Notes under the pieces: generated by a model | What the model saw: the letters and a program-made list of their open reading frames with translations, nothing else | The model's database searches: none | Told to the model about the DNA's origin: nothing | Assembly (NCBI RefSeq): GCF_003918875.1 | Contig: NW_025767313.1 | Coordinates: 1,302,001-1,366,000 of the forward strand | DNA from: Haliotis rubra | Taxonomy: Eukaryota | Reading direction: 5' to 3' | DNA: 64,000 nucleotides | Shown: piece after piece, positions 41,175-53,105 of the stretch | How the letters are laid out: each line of letters opens with the position of its first letter | Position numbering within the stretch: the stretch's first letter is position 1 | Translations under genes and position numbers: made by a program

Positions 41175-41583
41175 CCGTGGCCTTGACATCATTCAGCTCC
41201 ACCTTGCTAGCTTCCGCGTCGTGACCCCGGGTGAACTTGTCGTAGAAGAAGTCGGAACAAGACGCCAAGACCAGTTTATGAGCCAGGTAGGTTTTATTTT
41301 CGACCACTACTGCGACGTCTGTCATCTGCTTGTGTTTCCATAAGGTCTCCAAACCCGACAAGATGCACTCTCCAATATGGGGGACGGTCTTACGATTTGT
41401 TTTGTCGTCAGGACCTGCCCTTGAACGGCGACGGTTGAGGATGGCTCGGTAGCTGTCTGTGGAAGCTACCGAATTAAGCGCACCCCGACTGGGGCGTTTA
41501 TTCATCCCTGCTCTTTGACCGCAGCCATACGTCCAGCATCTGTCCTTACTTCGGCATCCGTACGATTCCGAGTCTGACGTCAT
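41175..41583 (-). CDS. Kelch-like (BTB-BACK-Kelch, KLHL9/13/26-like by motif resemblance) protein, first coding exon seen (N-terminal BTB)
   Basis: ILSGLETLWKHKQMTDVAVVVENKTYLAHKLVLASCSDFF is a classic BTB start; donor ACG G|gtgagt. The start codon is uncertain (41583 or the downstream MNKRP Met). Confidence 0.88.
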
Positions 41584-41707
41584 AGAGTAGTGACGTCATG
41601 GAGAAACCTCATCACTGTTCGGACTGACGTCATAGAATAGTGACATCATAGAGAGAGTCAACCCTCTTCAGCTGAGCCCCGACTCTACTTTCTAACGAAG
41701 CGCATAG

Positions 41708-41851
41708 NNNNNNNNNNNNNNNNNNNNNNNNNNNNNNNNNNNNNNNNNNNNNNNNNNNNNNNNNNNNNNNNNNNNNNNNNNNNNNNNNNNNNNNNNNNNN
41801 NNNNNNNNNNNNNNNNNNNNNNNNNNNNNNNNNNNNNNNNNNNNNNNNNNN
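41708..41851. other. Assembly gap (144 N)
   Basis: Run of n characters. Confidence 1.
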
Positions 41852-42338
41852 NTGTTAACCCATCTGTGATGTCATCATTTTATGCATACTTTATTCAGAG
41901 TATTTTAACATTTTCCCTCCACTGTTGGTACGGGACTCTCTCAGTTCATCTCAAATCTAAAATATACAAAATTGTTAATACTACAAGTAAAATCAGATTT
42001 AGGACTGGAGTCAGATTTGAATGTTTACCATCAATATATGAGCGACAAATCGTGAATCAAGCTGTCAAAATTATATCTGACCTAACTCACTACTTAAATT
42101 CGGAATCCAACCTCCTCCCTTCAGGCCGCCGCTACAAAGTTCCAATTGTGAAAACTAAGAGAGCCCGTACACCCTTTATTCCGAGTACCATATCTCTCTT
42201 AAACAAATGTGAAGATACCTAAATCAAAGAATTTATGTAAATATGTTTGGTATCTCTCTAATGTGTCAGTAGCTCTGCTGATGTAACACAAATTCCTGAA
42301 AAGGCATTAAAGTATTATTCTAATCTATTCTATTCTAA
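41852..42338 (+). mobile_element. 3' end of a Rex1/Babar-like (CR1/L2 group) LINE
   Basis: ORF 41866-42222 has FY..FIQSILTFS..CWYG...HYL....LLPSGRRY....KT.R....FIP..I.LLN, the C-terminal motif set of Rex1-type ORF2. It is followed by ATTAAAG and an (ATTCT)n tail. Confidence 0.85.
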
Positions 42339-43582
42339 ACCTCCTGTACTCATCTACATGCATGTTTATTAATAGTTAAGAAACATATTGCATGGTTACG
42401 TACAAGGATAACATATTTCCACTAACATTCAGGGTACATATATGATGAAAATGTGCAACGAGTGATATAATCTGTTCCTATGGTATACGGAATAATAGCC
42501 TTTGGAAGCTATAAAGACATCAATATACAGGAAAGACAAAACCGAGAATTAATTCCATACATTGTAAGTAGGGAAATCGATAACGGTATCCGCATAGACA
42601 TCACATTTCAAAGTCCAAAGATCCATCATCGAAATAGATATACACACATGATACTCGAAATCATGTCAGGTCGAGCGTGTTTACAACAAAACTGTCAAAA
42701 GAAACTATGTCCATTTCAGTACAGTGGGATTGATTTCAATGTTAATGTTATTTATGCCAGTGTTGTCAATATCACTTGAAATGCATTCCTCAGGTGTGAG
42801 ATATCAATCAATAATGTGTCAGATGTAACCGGGTACTGGTAATTAATCATGGATGTCCGCCAGGCGACATTTAACCTTTGCAGGCATGTTAAACCTTCTG
42901 CGTTTGATTCCCTTAATCCGGCAATCTAGGCTCTCTAATAGCGATGTCGTGTTCGTGTTGATTACACTTTGTTTAAAACGGAATTCAATTTCTTGACTTA
43001 AAAGAGATTGAGACATGATATTATTTCAGGAATGTCGTAACAACAAACGCTACCTAAACATTCATCATTACGGACACAGTCATATGAATCACGGCGACGG
43101 GGCTACAGAGCAGCACATCTCGCTACTGGTCGTGCGATTGACAGGCGAAGGGTGGTTTACCGTCACCATAAAAACTGACCTTTTCTATCAATTTTGTTAA
43201 AATAAACATGTCCATAATTTTCTCATAAAGTTCCTTAGATCACAAAGTTCAGGTCTTTTAGAGGAGACACACAAGGCGTTATACTATATAGTGGTGAAAA
43301 GGTTAAAGCGTGCGTGGGCGACATATTCAATATTATTTAGATGACAAAATATGAATAAGGTCAATTAATTGCCCAGTTCAAAACAACACATTCCGATTGA
43401 TTTCATAAAATCATAAGATAATTCGTGGAAATAGAGATTCATATTATTCCGACAGGTAAAATATCCAATTTGTCCTTCTATATTTGTTCCCTAAGAATGC
43501 GGAGGATGGTTTTGGTAATAGGAAACAAAAACGATATTTTCTTTCGACATAATGTTACTGCATAATATGTTGAAAACGACAT

Positions 43583-43743
43583 GGAGTGAGTGAGTGAGTT
43601 TAGTTTTACGCCGCACTCAACAATATTCCAGCTGTATGGCGGCGGTCTGTAAATAATCAGGTCTGGACTAGTCAATCCAGTGATCAGCAGCATGAGCATC
43701 GATCTACGCAATTGGGATACGATGACATGTGTCAACCAAGTCA
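43583..43743 (-). mobile_element. SINE family A, 5'-truncated or interrupted
   Basis: GAGTGAGTGAGTTTAGTTTTACGCCGCACTC...GTGTCAACCAAGTCA, then an abrupt switch to unrelated sequence. Confidence 0.88.
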
Positions 43744-44341
43744 ATAATAGCGATTGTAAACCAAAAGTCACTGTGTTGTTTAATCTGATTGGTTGAAACA
43801 CGTGATCAAATGGTATTCGATTCCCGGAAATTCGCTGCGTATTAATACATACAAACATCGCTCACACCATTGTATTGTTACGTCGTCAGCTGTGATGACG
43901 TCATTAAATCATATTGTGACGTAAAGTCCGAATGACGTCACAAATGAGCAGTTCCAGATGCTACCATGGGAGACAGTCGAAACGGCCGGCTGATGACATT
44001 TCAATGCTGTACCCGTACTCGATGTCAATGAGTGCAGACACAAAAACGTGTGTGGACCTTTTGGCTTACTTTTGTGCTTACAATGTCGATAAACATCATG
44101 TGTTGGCCAATGTCCGGACGTTATTGAGTATTTGAAGCACGGGAATATTTCATTTGAAACCTCCGGCTGACGGCGTCGGTTCCAAATGAATTCCTGTGCT
44201 AAATTGGCCAACACATGATGTTTATCTCCTAATTTGAAACTGAAGCATTAAACACCTGTTAAAATGGTGCCTTTGATATTTTGGTAGTTGGCGTCCTTGT
44301 TTTACTTACTACACAGTGTCTGCAGCTGGGACACATTTACA

Positions 44342-44502
44342 GAGTGAGTGAGTGCCTATAGTTTTACGCCGCTTTCAGCAATATTCCAGGAATATCAAGG
44401 TGGGGGACACCAGAAATGGGCTTTACACATTGTACCCATGTGGGGAATCGAACCCGGGTCTGATGAGCGAACGCTTTAACCACAAGGCTACCCTACCACC
44501 CC
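44342..44502 (-). mobile_element. tRNA-derived SINE family B
   Basis: Colinear with the copies at 14970, 20551 and 49585; imperfect TSD CATTTA(T)CAG. Confidence 0.88.
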
Positions 44503-45389
44503 CATTTATCAGAAACTACTGAAGTTACTTAATACTGTAGCGTTTTGACAATAATATTTTACCATTATTACATGCCTGACACTTCGCAAGCTTATCTGAG
44601 TGACACTTAACAAGACCGAGTTCGAAACTTCGACACATCACCTTTTTCTAGATTTACGTACCCTGCTTCATGTCTGTTTACAGAAGTAAGGTCCTTACTG
44701 ACGTGGTAAAACTTGTCAATATGTGTGTCCTATATGATAAATATAACAGTTTCGTTATTGAGATCAGTTAAATTTAAGAATCACGTGTTCCAACGTACTG
44801 TCTAGAACTCCTCTAAATAAAGAATTTTTACTTCATTGTTTTGTTTCCTGGTTTTAAAGTCTGTCGCACAAGGTTTTGCCAAATCAGAAGATTCCAACAC
44901 ACATCTTGGTTTCAGTCAGGCCATAAAATGTGTGTGTTACTGTAACACTTGGGTAGTATAATACATATATGTACGGAGGTGTTGTAATTTTGTTGAATGT
45001 TAAATTAAAGAAGGTACATGCGTGGTCCTTTGGGATTATTTTCGAAAACAAGTAACGTAAATGTTTTCAGAAGTGTTTTGATTGTGACTTATATGTCAAC
45101 GCCTCACTTTCCTCGCCCAGTTGACGGGTTCGTGACATGCCCTGAAATGGTCGATATGCCCGGATGCTGACAACAGCACCCATGCAGTTCTCATCACTGT
45201 GTTCAGGCTGATGTAGTCTGTCTCAAAGTCCACGAACCACATTATTTCTCCCGCATAGCGAGTTCTGCAGTACATAAGCTTTACGTGAATAGAAGTAAGT
45301 CTAGATTTCCTCAAAATCTCTCGTCTCAATTAGGCTTTTTTTCTGTTTATATGGAATTATTTGTTTCCATCAATTTATTATGTAGGGAC

Positions 45390-45600
45390 TTTAGAAGTGT
45401 TGCGGGGTGGTCATCCTCGGTCCTCAAGTTCTGGGACTGCCTGGTATCTGGCCAGTCTTGTTGTCGCGTCTCATTAATGTGATGATGGCCTGCCTTGTAC
45501 ATTCAAACAGCTGGCAATATTTGTGTGTTTGTTGTGGCCGCTATATGGCGGTGATGGCAATGTGTAATGACTGTTTGAAGCATCCATCTGCAACATTCAA
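45390..45600 (-). mobile_element. Highly degenerate Tc1-like transposase N-terminal fragment
   Basis: Minus-strand translation LFECTRQAIITLMRRDNKTGQIPGSPRT*GPRMTTPQ resembles the Tc1 HTH/GRPR region seen at 27300-27635. Confidence 0.5.
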
Positions 45601-46629
45601 ATAGCTCGTTCGCGGATAATTTTGATGTTTGCCTTTAACAGGTACACCACTAACAATCTCAGTCTACTGTGTATGACACTGTTGCAGTGTTGGCACATCA
45701 CATGCACGTGCGAATCAACAAAATCATGATTTTCATTATATCCCATGCTCAACTCTGTTAAGGATATCTGTAGTGTTTTGACAGCGTGTACTACAATGTT
45801 TGTGGCAATCAAAACCCTTTTCAAAATATTTACGTCATTTTGGGGGAAATAATAGCAAAACACCACATGTGTACTTTCATGTGTATGTCTATCATTGTTC
45901 AGTAGCCACCATAGTCGATAAGGACATGTCTTCGCCTTCGGGCTTCGATGGGGGTCAAAGTACATGTTTTATTGTTTTATACCTGTGTTGGATTTCAAAC
46001 AAACGTCTGTGCAGTGCGAACCCAGTTATAAAGCACTGAGCCACATTCCAGGGGTTTTGCCCCGAATCTGAACGTGGAGGAGACAATATCAATACGGCAG
46101 GATTTTACAGGCGCTTTAGTCATAACAGGTGGCAGTCTCAACGTTTCCCGGAGGTCTTTCACAAGTGTCTTTGCTCGTCTGTCTACACATTATCATCATG
46201 CCTGTCAAACCAGCAATTCCTGATTACCCTGTGTACACTGTGTCAGTTTCTGATACCATCGAGGCCCTTAAAGCTTAGCGTAGAGTTTCCTGAACAAACG
46301 GTCTGAAGCGAAATAGATGGTAAAAGTAGATTATTTGCTGTACCCCATCGGTCCAAATACCCATTGTGCAAGTGAAATTTGTGATCTGTGTGGTGTGGAC
46401 TATACTGCACAAATCAAATGCATGAGCCCGGTTAGACTAATGCTTAGTCTCTGAATATATATAATTTTGATAGTAACAAACAAGCCCATTTAAATTGAAA
46501 AGGAGCCCCAGGGAGACCAGAGATTCAGAACCTGAGGAAATCTAGACTTGCTTTAGTTAGGGCTTTAGCACTGCAGAGAGAGCTTGGCAGTGGGAAAAAA
46601 ATAATGTGGTTCAGGGACTGTGAGACAGA

Positions 46630-47700
46630 CAAGAGCCCGGTCTGAGCTGCGGTATACAGTGAACGTGAAATACATGAACCTGTGAAACAGTCTGATCTGC
46701 CATGCATAGTGCACGTGAAATGCATGAGAACGGTCATTCTCTTCCCACAGAGGTTACTTGTCATATCTCCCTACGAACCTCTGTTCTAATACGGCCATAT
46801 TTCCCGGTTCTAGTAAAATCCCCTAGCGGCAAAAGATCGCAACACGAATTATCTCCCTTCTTTCTATCCAATCAGAACACGTGTTACATCGACTTAGATT
46901 CAACTTGACTAACACAAGCAAATGTGGGGCCACAAATATCCCCCCATCTGCCGGGGACTTGTGTTGATGTTACACACAAGACGTTTAATGGCAAGCTTAT
47001 CCGTTGTCAACGAGGGCGATGGAGACGCCACTGATCCGCCATAACATGACTGAGTTCTGTCTAGAAGAAACGTTTGCGCATCGCGCAGGGGAAGAGGTTT
47101 AGTTTTCTCGAAGCATACGGAAATTACCGAGGCCTTGCGAATGATCACTTTTGAAACAACGTCGCTGATTGCACAACTAAATCTGATTGCCTCCAATCAC
47201 GAGTCTTGAACGCTCACGTAGGAAGATATGACAGGAGTAACCTCTGTGGGAAGAGAATTGAGAACGGTCTGATTTTCCGTAAACAGTGCACTTGAAATGC
47301 ATGAGCCCGGTCTGATATGCTTCACACAGTTGCACGTGAAATGCATGAGCCCGTGAAACAATCTGATCTGTCATGCATACTTGCACGTGAAAACATGCTC
47401 CCGGTCTGATTTGCCGTACACAGTGCACGTGAAATGCATGAACCCGTGAAACAGTCTGATCTGCCATGCATAGTGCACTTGAAATGCATGAGCCCGGTAT
47501 GATATGCTTCACACAGTGCACGTGAACTGCATGAGCCCGGTCTGATCTACCGAAAACAGTGCACGTGAAATACCTTAGCCTGATCTAATATGCTTCACAC
47601 AGTTGCACGTGAAAGGCATGAGCCCGGCATACCTTGCTTCACACAGTGTACATGAAATGTACGTGCCCCGTCTGATCTGCTATGCACAGCGACATGAGAC
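46630..47700. repeat. Degenerate ~43-bp tandem repeat interrupted by a MITE
   Basis: GTGCACGTGAAATGCATGAGCCCGGTCTGAT units at 46630-46735 and 47260-47700. Confidence 0.85.
46736..47258. mobile_element. Non-autonomous DNA transposon (MITE) with 11-bp TSD
   Basis: TIR ATTCTCTTCCCACAGAGGTTACT at both ends; TSD TGAGAACGGTC at 46725-46735 and 47259-47269. Confidence 0.88.
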
Positions 47701-49584
47701 GGGTTTGATTTAGCATGCAGATCGAACCGGGATTGGAACCATGGATTTCTAACGTGCCCAAGAGACGCTACTCTGTACAGGCAATGGTAGCGCCTTAGAG
47801 GTAGGGAAGATAAAAGAACACAACCAATGAGTATGATTTCACTGGATTGCCTACCAACGTATCAGATGTATTGTTTATTCCCCACAATGAACGACTACCA
47901 TATGATGCATGTGACCGTATGCTCAGATACTAGATTGGCTGATCCAAACTACCGCCATACAGCTGGAATAGGGCTGTCTGCGGCCTTAAACAATAAACAA
48001 ACAAACAAAGGCATAACCACATTTTAACAGAATATCAGCAATGTGATTTGAGATAATCACTTTTGAACCAAGGGATCTATGCACGTTCGTATTATGCACG
48101 TGAAAAAGCATGACTCTTGGCCTATGAACGTAGATATATATATTACGTATATACAATACAGATGCACTAAAATATTTGTAAGTATCGGTCATATGATAGC
48201 AATATTATAAATAACCATAATGTACTATTTCTTCCTTGTTATATATTTGATATATGAGTATGTGTATTTGATGAGTAATATTTCAACATGACCAAAATAG
48301 TGTACGAATCGAGCTCAGGTTGATGTGACTATGAAATGAGACACTGGATTTCATAAACAGCAAGAGAAGTATATAAATATCGTCTTCGTTTTCACTAACT
48401 TCACGATTCTGACACCTACAGGTGTAACGGGACTCCTGCTCGTCAACTGGAATGTGATTTGTTGACATTTAAATGACTGGTATTGTCTGCTCCCTCTGGG
48501 CTCAACTACGCTTCTCGTGAAGACGGGCGGGCGAGCTAGGGATGGGGGTGGTGGCTCTAGGCGGGGGATGATGGATGTAGGAGGGGTGTGTTTCGGATTA
48601 GGCAGGGAGATAGATAATGTAGGGAGGAACTGTTGGGGACAGGGAGGAGAATGGGTGAGGGTGACGGTTGTAGACAGTGGAGCCGAGGGTGTTCATACAG
48701 GGGTTGGGGGGAATGTTTGGGCATGATGGCTTGGGGCAGGGAGACATCTGCTTTCGGGATTTTTGGAATAGGCAGCGGAGGCGGAGTATCTGGTAACGAT
48801 GGCTTTAGACAGGAGGGTGTGTAAGGAGAGACATTAGGACGATGATGTGTAGGGATAGGCAGATAGGGGGGGTTTTACATTCAGGGATTGGGAGGAGTGT
48901 TGGTATATGATGGCTATGAGCTGTAAAGAGGGCGTGTACATAAATGTGTGGGGTGGTCTTTGGGAAAAATGGCTTCAGGCACATAAATGGGAGTGTGTGT
49001 GTTTTGGAATAGTCGGGGATTGTGAATCGAAAGGAATTATAGGGATGGAATTCCGTCACTATGGTACCGGGATTAAGTCCGAATTCCTTAACCTAATCCA
49101 GACATGGTCAGATAACCGCTGAAATTATTTCCGTGGGTGTGAGTAAATATTCAAACTAATTTCGTTTGTGGAATGATAAAACAAAGTAAGATTATCTGAT
49201 AGCCAGCAGCCGGTGTTGTGATTAGAGAGTAGATTGCAGTCAGATTGCTTCCGTCTGTCCTAATTGCCCACATCTGAGCCGTTGATTCATGAAAGCCAGG
49301 GGCCAATCACCGAGAAAAGTGTTCTAATCAATCGTTCACAGTACTGGGCAGTCTGTGGGTTAAATTTTAACGTCTTAATATTTCCGCTAGCCTTGCTCCA
49401 AAGCTGAACTGAATGCTAAGCCCATGGATGTGCAGTAGGTCTATCCTTTAAAAAGGCAAGTCTAGATTAGCAGACAGTACAATCTAGAGACTCTAGTCTG
49501 TTATATATATTTTTTAAGAAATTTTCATTTGAACTATTAATTATTACCTTAGAGACTTATGCAAGTCTGTATTTCAGCCATAAC

Positions 49585-49750
49585 GTGAGTGTGAGTGAGT
49601 GGGTTTTACACCGCTTTAGCAATATTCCAGCAACATCGTGGCGGGGGACACCAGAAATGAGCTTCACACATTGTACCCATGTGGGGAATCGAACCCGAGT
49701 CTTCGGCGTGACGAGCGAACGCTTTAACCACTGGGCTACCCCACCGCCTC
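49585..49750 (-). mobile_element. tRNA-derived SINE family B
   Basis: Full-length copy with TSD TTCAGCCATA. A more decayed relative lies at ~49862-50020. Confidence 0.92.
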
Positions 49751-51290
49751 TTCAGCCATAGAGCGGTCAGTTCGTTAAGACGGGGTTTCATAAACTGAAT
49801 AAGAGAATGGGGAGTTTCAAATCAACAGTACTTTGTTACATCACATCCTGACCAAAACATAGTGAATGTATATTGGTTAACGCTGGTTTTAGCAATATTC
49901 CAGCCATACTACGACTGCAGACACAACTACACCCACTTTGTACGTTTGTACGGAATCGAACCTGGATCTAGGCGTCAGATGCGGACACTTCCCCCATTAA
50001 GCTTTACCTGATCCACCCACCGCGTAGCGTCAATACCTATGTGTGCATGCATTTATGCATGATGTTTCTCAACGAAATTATTATTATTACGACAGATATC
50101 GTTTTGTTCATTATTCCTGGTCAGTTTTCACAATAGAGTGGTCTCCAAGGCCTTATTATATAGACCCTCTAGTCATTACCTACCATAGCCAGAAATAAAA
50201 GTATCAATTTACCAAACAATTTGGAGTAATGTGCAAGAGAAATCATGCATTGGAAATTTGAGGATGCACTCTGCCGATGATCGTATACATTTCACAGAAG
50301 AGGAAAGAATATACCGGTCATTAAAGATCGAAATACGTTTCCCTTTCAGATAACAGAATGCACGTGTATGTCTAAGCCTCCCTCAATTTTATAACATGGA
50401 ATGAAAACGGCAATATAAAGCGTAAAGCCCGTGGGTTTAAATCTGAATCCTAATTTTGAAAGCATAGTGATATTGAGGCAATCTGAGGACATCCAGATTG
50501 GCTTCACTTACATCGTTTGGATTATTACAGGCAGTATTGGGTTAAAGTGAAAGTATTATGGCTCAGGGACTGTTAGACAGGCTATAACTACAGATAGGCT
50601 ACATCTTTTTTCAAGGCACACCGGGTGTCCCCATGTGGAGCAACGCGTCTGTTACTTCGCCCTACTACATATCTACTGTTAGTATCACACAGGTGGTCAA
50701 CCAAACAGTTGGTATCGAGCGACGACTGACAGCTTGTGACAATCAACTGTGCAGCCCAAGTCACTCTATAATAGGAAGGTTTTTCAGTACTGATATTATT
50801 TCGTCTACCTTCCGACCTATAACTATTGCACACCGGGTGTCCCCATGTGGAGCCACAACGCGTCTGTTACTTCGCCCTACTACATATCTACTGTTAGTAT
50901 CACACAGTACGGCTATTGGGGCTAGTGAGGTATCACGTCTGCTGCTGTTTGCTGCGTGCGTATTTCCTATCATGTAATATGAGCTCACCTCCACGCATTG
51001 ACACCTCGTCCATTTAACGGAAGGGTAAATCAAACCAGTTTAACTTCTGTCTACGAAACGCGCCGGTGCAACACCATCACTCCGCGTGCAAACGATGCGA
51101 TCGAAGTGTATGTGTGTTGTATTTGTTTTAGTCGTTGTCGTGTTTTACGTTCGTAGTTATATCACCCTGGAGGATTCATGTCGATCTGTAACAGTATAGG
51201 ACATCCTAACTTACATCATTATGTGTTGAAAATGTACATAAAATCATGTTACTTGCCATATTTTCATTGCACTTTAAAATTTCGTCCGTT

Positions 51291-51420
51291 ATATACTCAT
51301 GCCAATAATGGTTGTCACCCCCTTCCATTTTTTAATTGGAGAGGGGTGTGTGGGTGCGGGGTGAGGTGTGTGGGGGTTGGGGTGGGGAGGGGATGACAAC
51401 CATTATTGGCATGAGTATAT
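51291..51420. mobile_element. Tiny foldback element/MITE with G-rich spacer
   Basis: Perfect 27-bp inverted repeat ATATACTCATGCCAATAATGGTTGTCA / TGACAACCATTATTGGCATGAGTATAT. Confidence 0.8.
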
Positions 51421-51724
51421 ATTTATTGATCTTAATCTCAGATTCATATGCCAAATTACAAAGGATAAATTCATGTTACGTCTACATTAGGAACCTATTA
51501 TGTTACGCCGATAAGAGCTGATGCTTGAAGCCAGACATTGCCTCCCCGTAAAGGTATATCCCATCTATGAAGAAGGTAATTGTTTTAAAACTTTTAAAAA
51601 TCAATATCTACAGGCACGTGTGTTACTTAATGTGATACAATAGAAATCTAGGCGAAATATATTATCCCGTGTTCCATTTACTTTTAGTTTTGACATCAGG
51701 TATTCGTACATACAATAACAATTA

Positions 51725-52240
51725 TCGTATTTCCTCTTATAAGCGCCTATTCCCAACTAAGCGCCGGGCCTCTACTTAGCGCCGTTTCTTTGATTATGTT
51801 GTATAGTTTTCAAATAAAACTTTGAAAGGAACTTTCAGAAATTGTTTCATCATGTTTTCACTGGTACTAGAGTATAATACGTACGAAAAAATGTTAATGG
51901 GCGTTACGTCAAAGTCACGGCGACGGGGAGTTGTAAACAAGTGTTTCAGTGTATGATTTTCTGAATTTCAGCGTCAATGTTTAATTGTTCAAGAAAACAG
52001 AGGTAGATAGGAATTGTTTTTTGATGGAGTAAAATTTAATGTATATGTTCAGGAAAATCATGCATTGGTCAACACACTTGTTCGCAGCTTCCCGTCACTA
52101 ACTTTGACGTAATGCCCACTAACAATTAATCACTCCCAGAAAGCGCAATAGGCGCCGGGTCTCCAATATTTATAAGCGCCGGGTCTGGAAGTCCGTTGAA
52201 AAAAAATAAACGTTTGAGGCGCTTATTAGAGGAAATACGG
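51725..52240. mobile_element. pogo/Tigger-like MITE with TA target sites
   Basis: TA|TCGTATTTCCTCTTATAAGCGCC ... GGCGCTTATTAGAGGAAATACGG|TA; internal TAAGCGCCGG repeats. Confidence 0.85.
51892..52124. mobile_element. Inverted-repeat element nested inside the 51725-52240 MITE
   Basis: TGTTAATGGGCGTTACGTCAAAGT versus ACTTTGACGTAATGCCCACTAACA (22/24 complementary). Confidence 0.7.
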
Positions 52241-53105
52241 TAAGTTAACTGTACTGATTGACGTGAAGCGTGATGTTACACGTTATTTTGTTCAGGTTGC
52301 ATTGCTGATGTTAGTGAGGACGATATTGCGTCAGAGCTGATGCAACTTTGTTTTAGCAGAATCGTTTATGTTTGTCGAAATGCCATGTAGATCTACATAT
52401 ATAATCCAAATGGTAGCGATGTAGAGTCTGCCAGGGCCACCAGCTGAATACACGTACGGGTAAGTACTACGAAATTGTTGAATGAAACGAAACCAGTGTT
52501 TTAGCGGTGTGTCAATATCATGAAACTGAGAGTTGTCTACCTTTGAACGGCATGTTACTATCTAACCTTGAGAACACTTCAATGATTCTAATCAATTTTA
52601 AGGTGACGAGTGAATTTCATATTAGATCTATGTTTAATCCAACTGTTGGATACAACCATAACAAACTGCTCAGGATTTACTCTCATTCAACATGCCATTT
52701 GCGATTCGCGATATTTGAATAAATCACCGAACCAGTAATTCATATCCCACATGCTGATTTTGAAGTATTAACTCTTTCAATTTTGAGTATAACAAAGTGC
52801 AACTTGTGATATAAAGTAGAGATAAGACTGTAGATGTGCATATGCCTGGTTGGTATTGTCACAGCCTTGTTAACTTTAAGTTTACTTTTAGATCCGCCGC
52901 CTATTTGAGGTGCATATTTCATCATCCTGCACCAACTTATGGAAGTGATGAGAATATTGTAGTAACGTTTAAGGTATTCATATGAAATGGGGAGACACCA
53001 ATGACCGTTGTCTGTATCACAGTCTTACCCTTAGAGGAAATGTGGTTTAGCTGTTGAATGTTGTTTAATACTTTTTCATATAACCCTTGTTTCAGAATCA
53101 TCACC

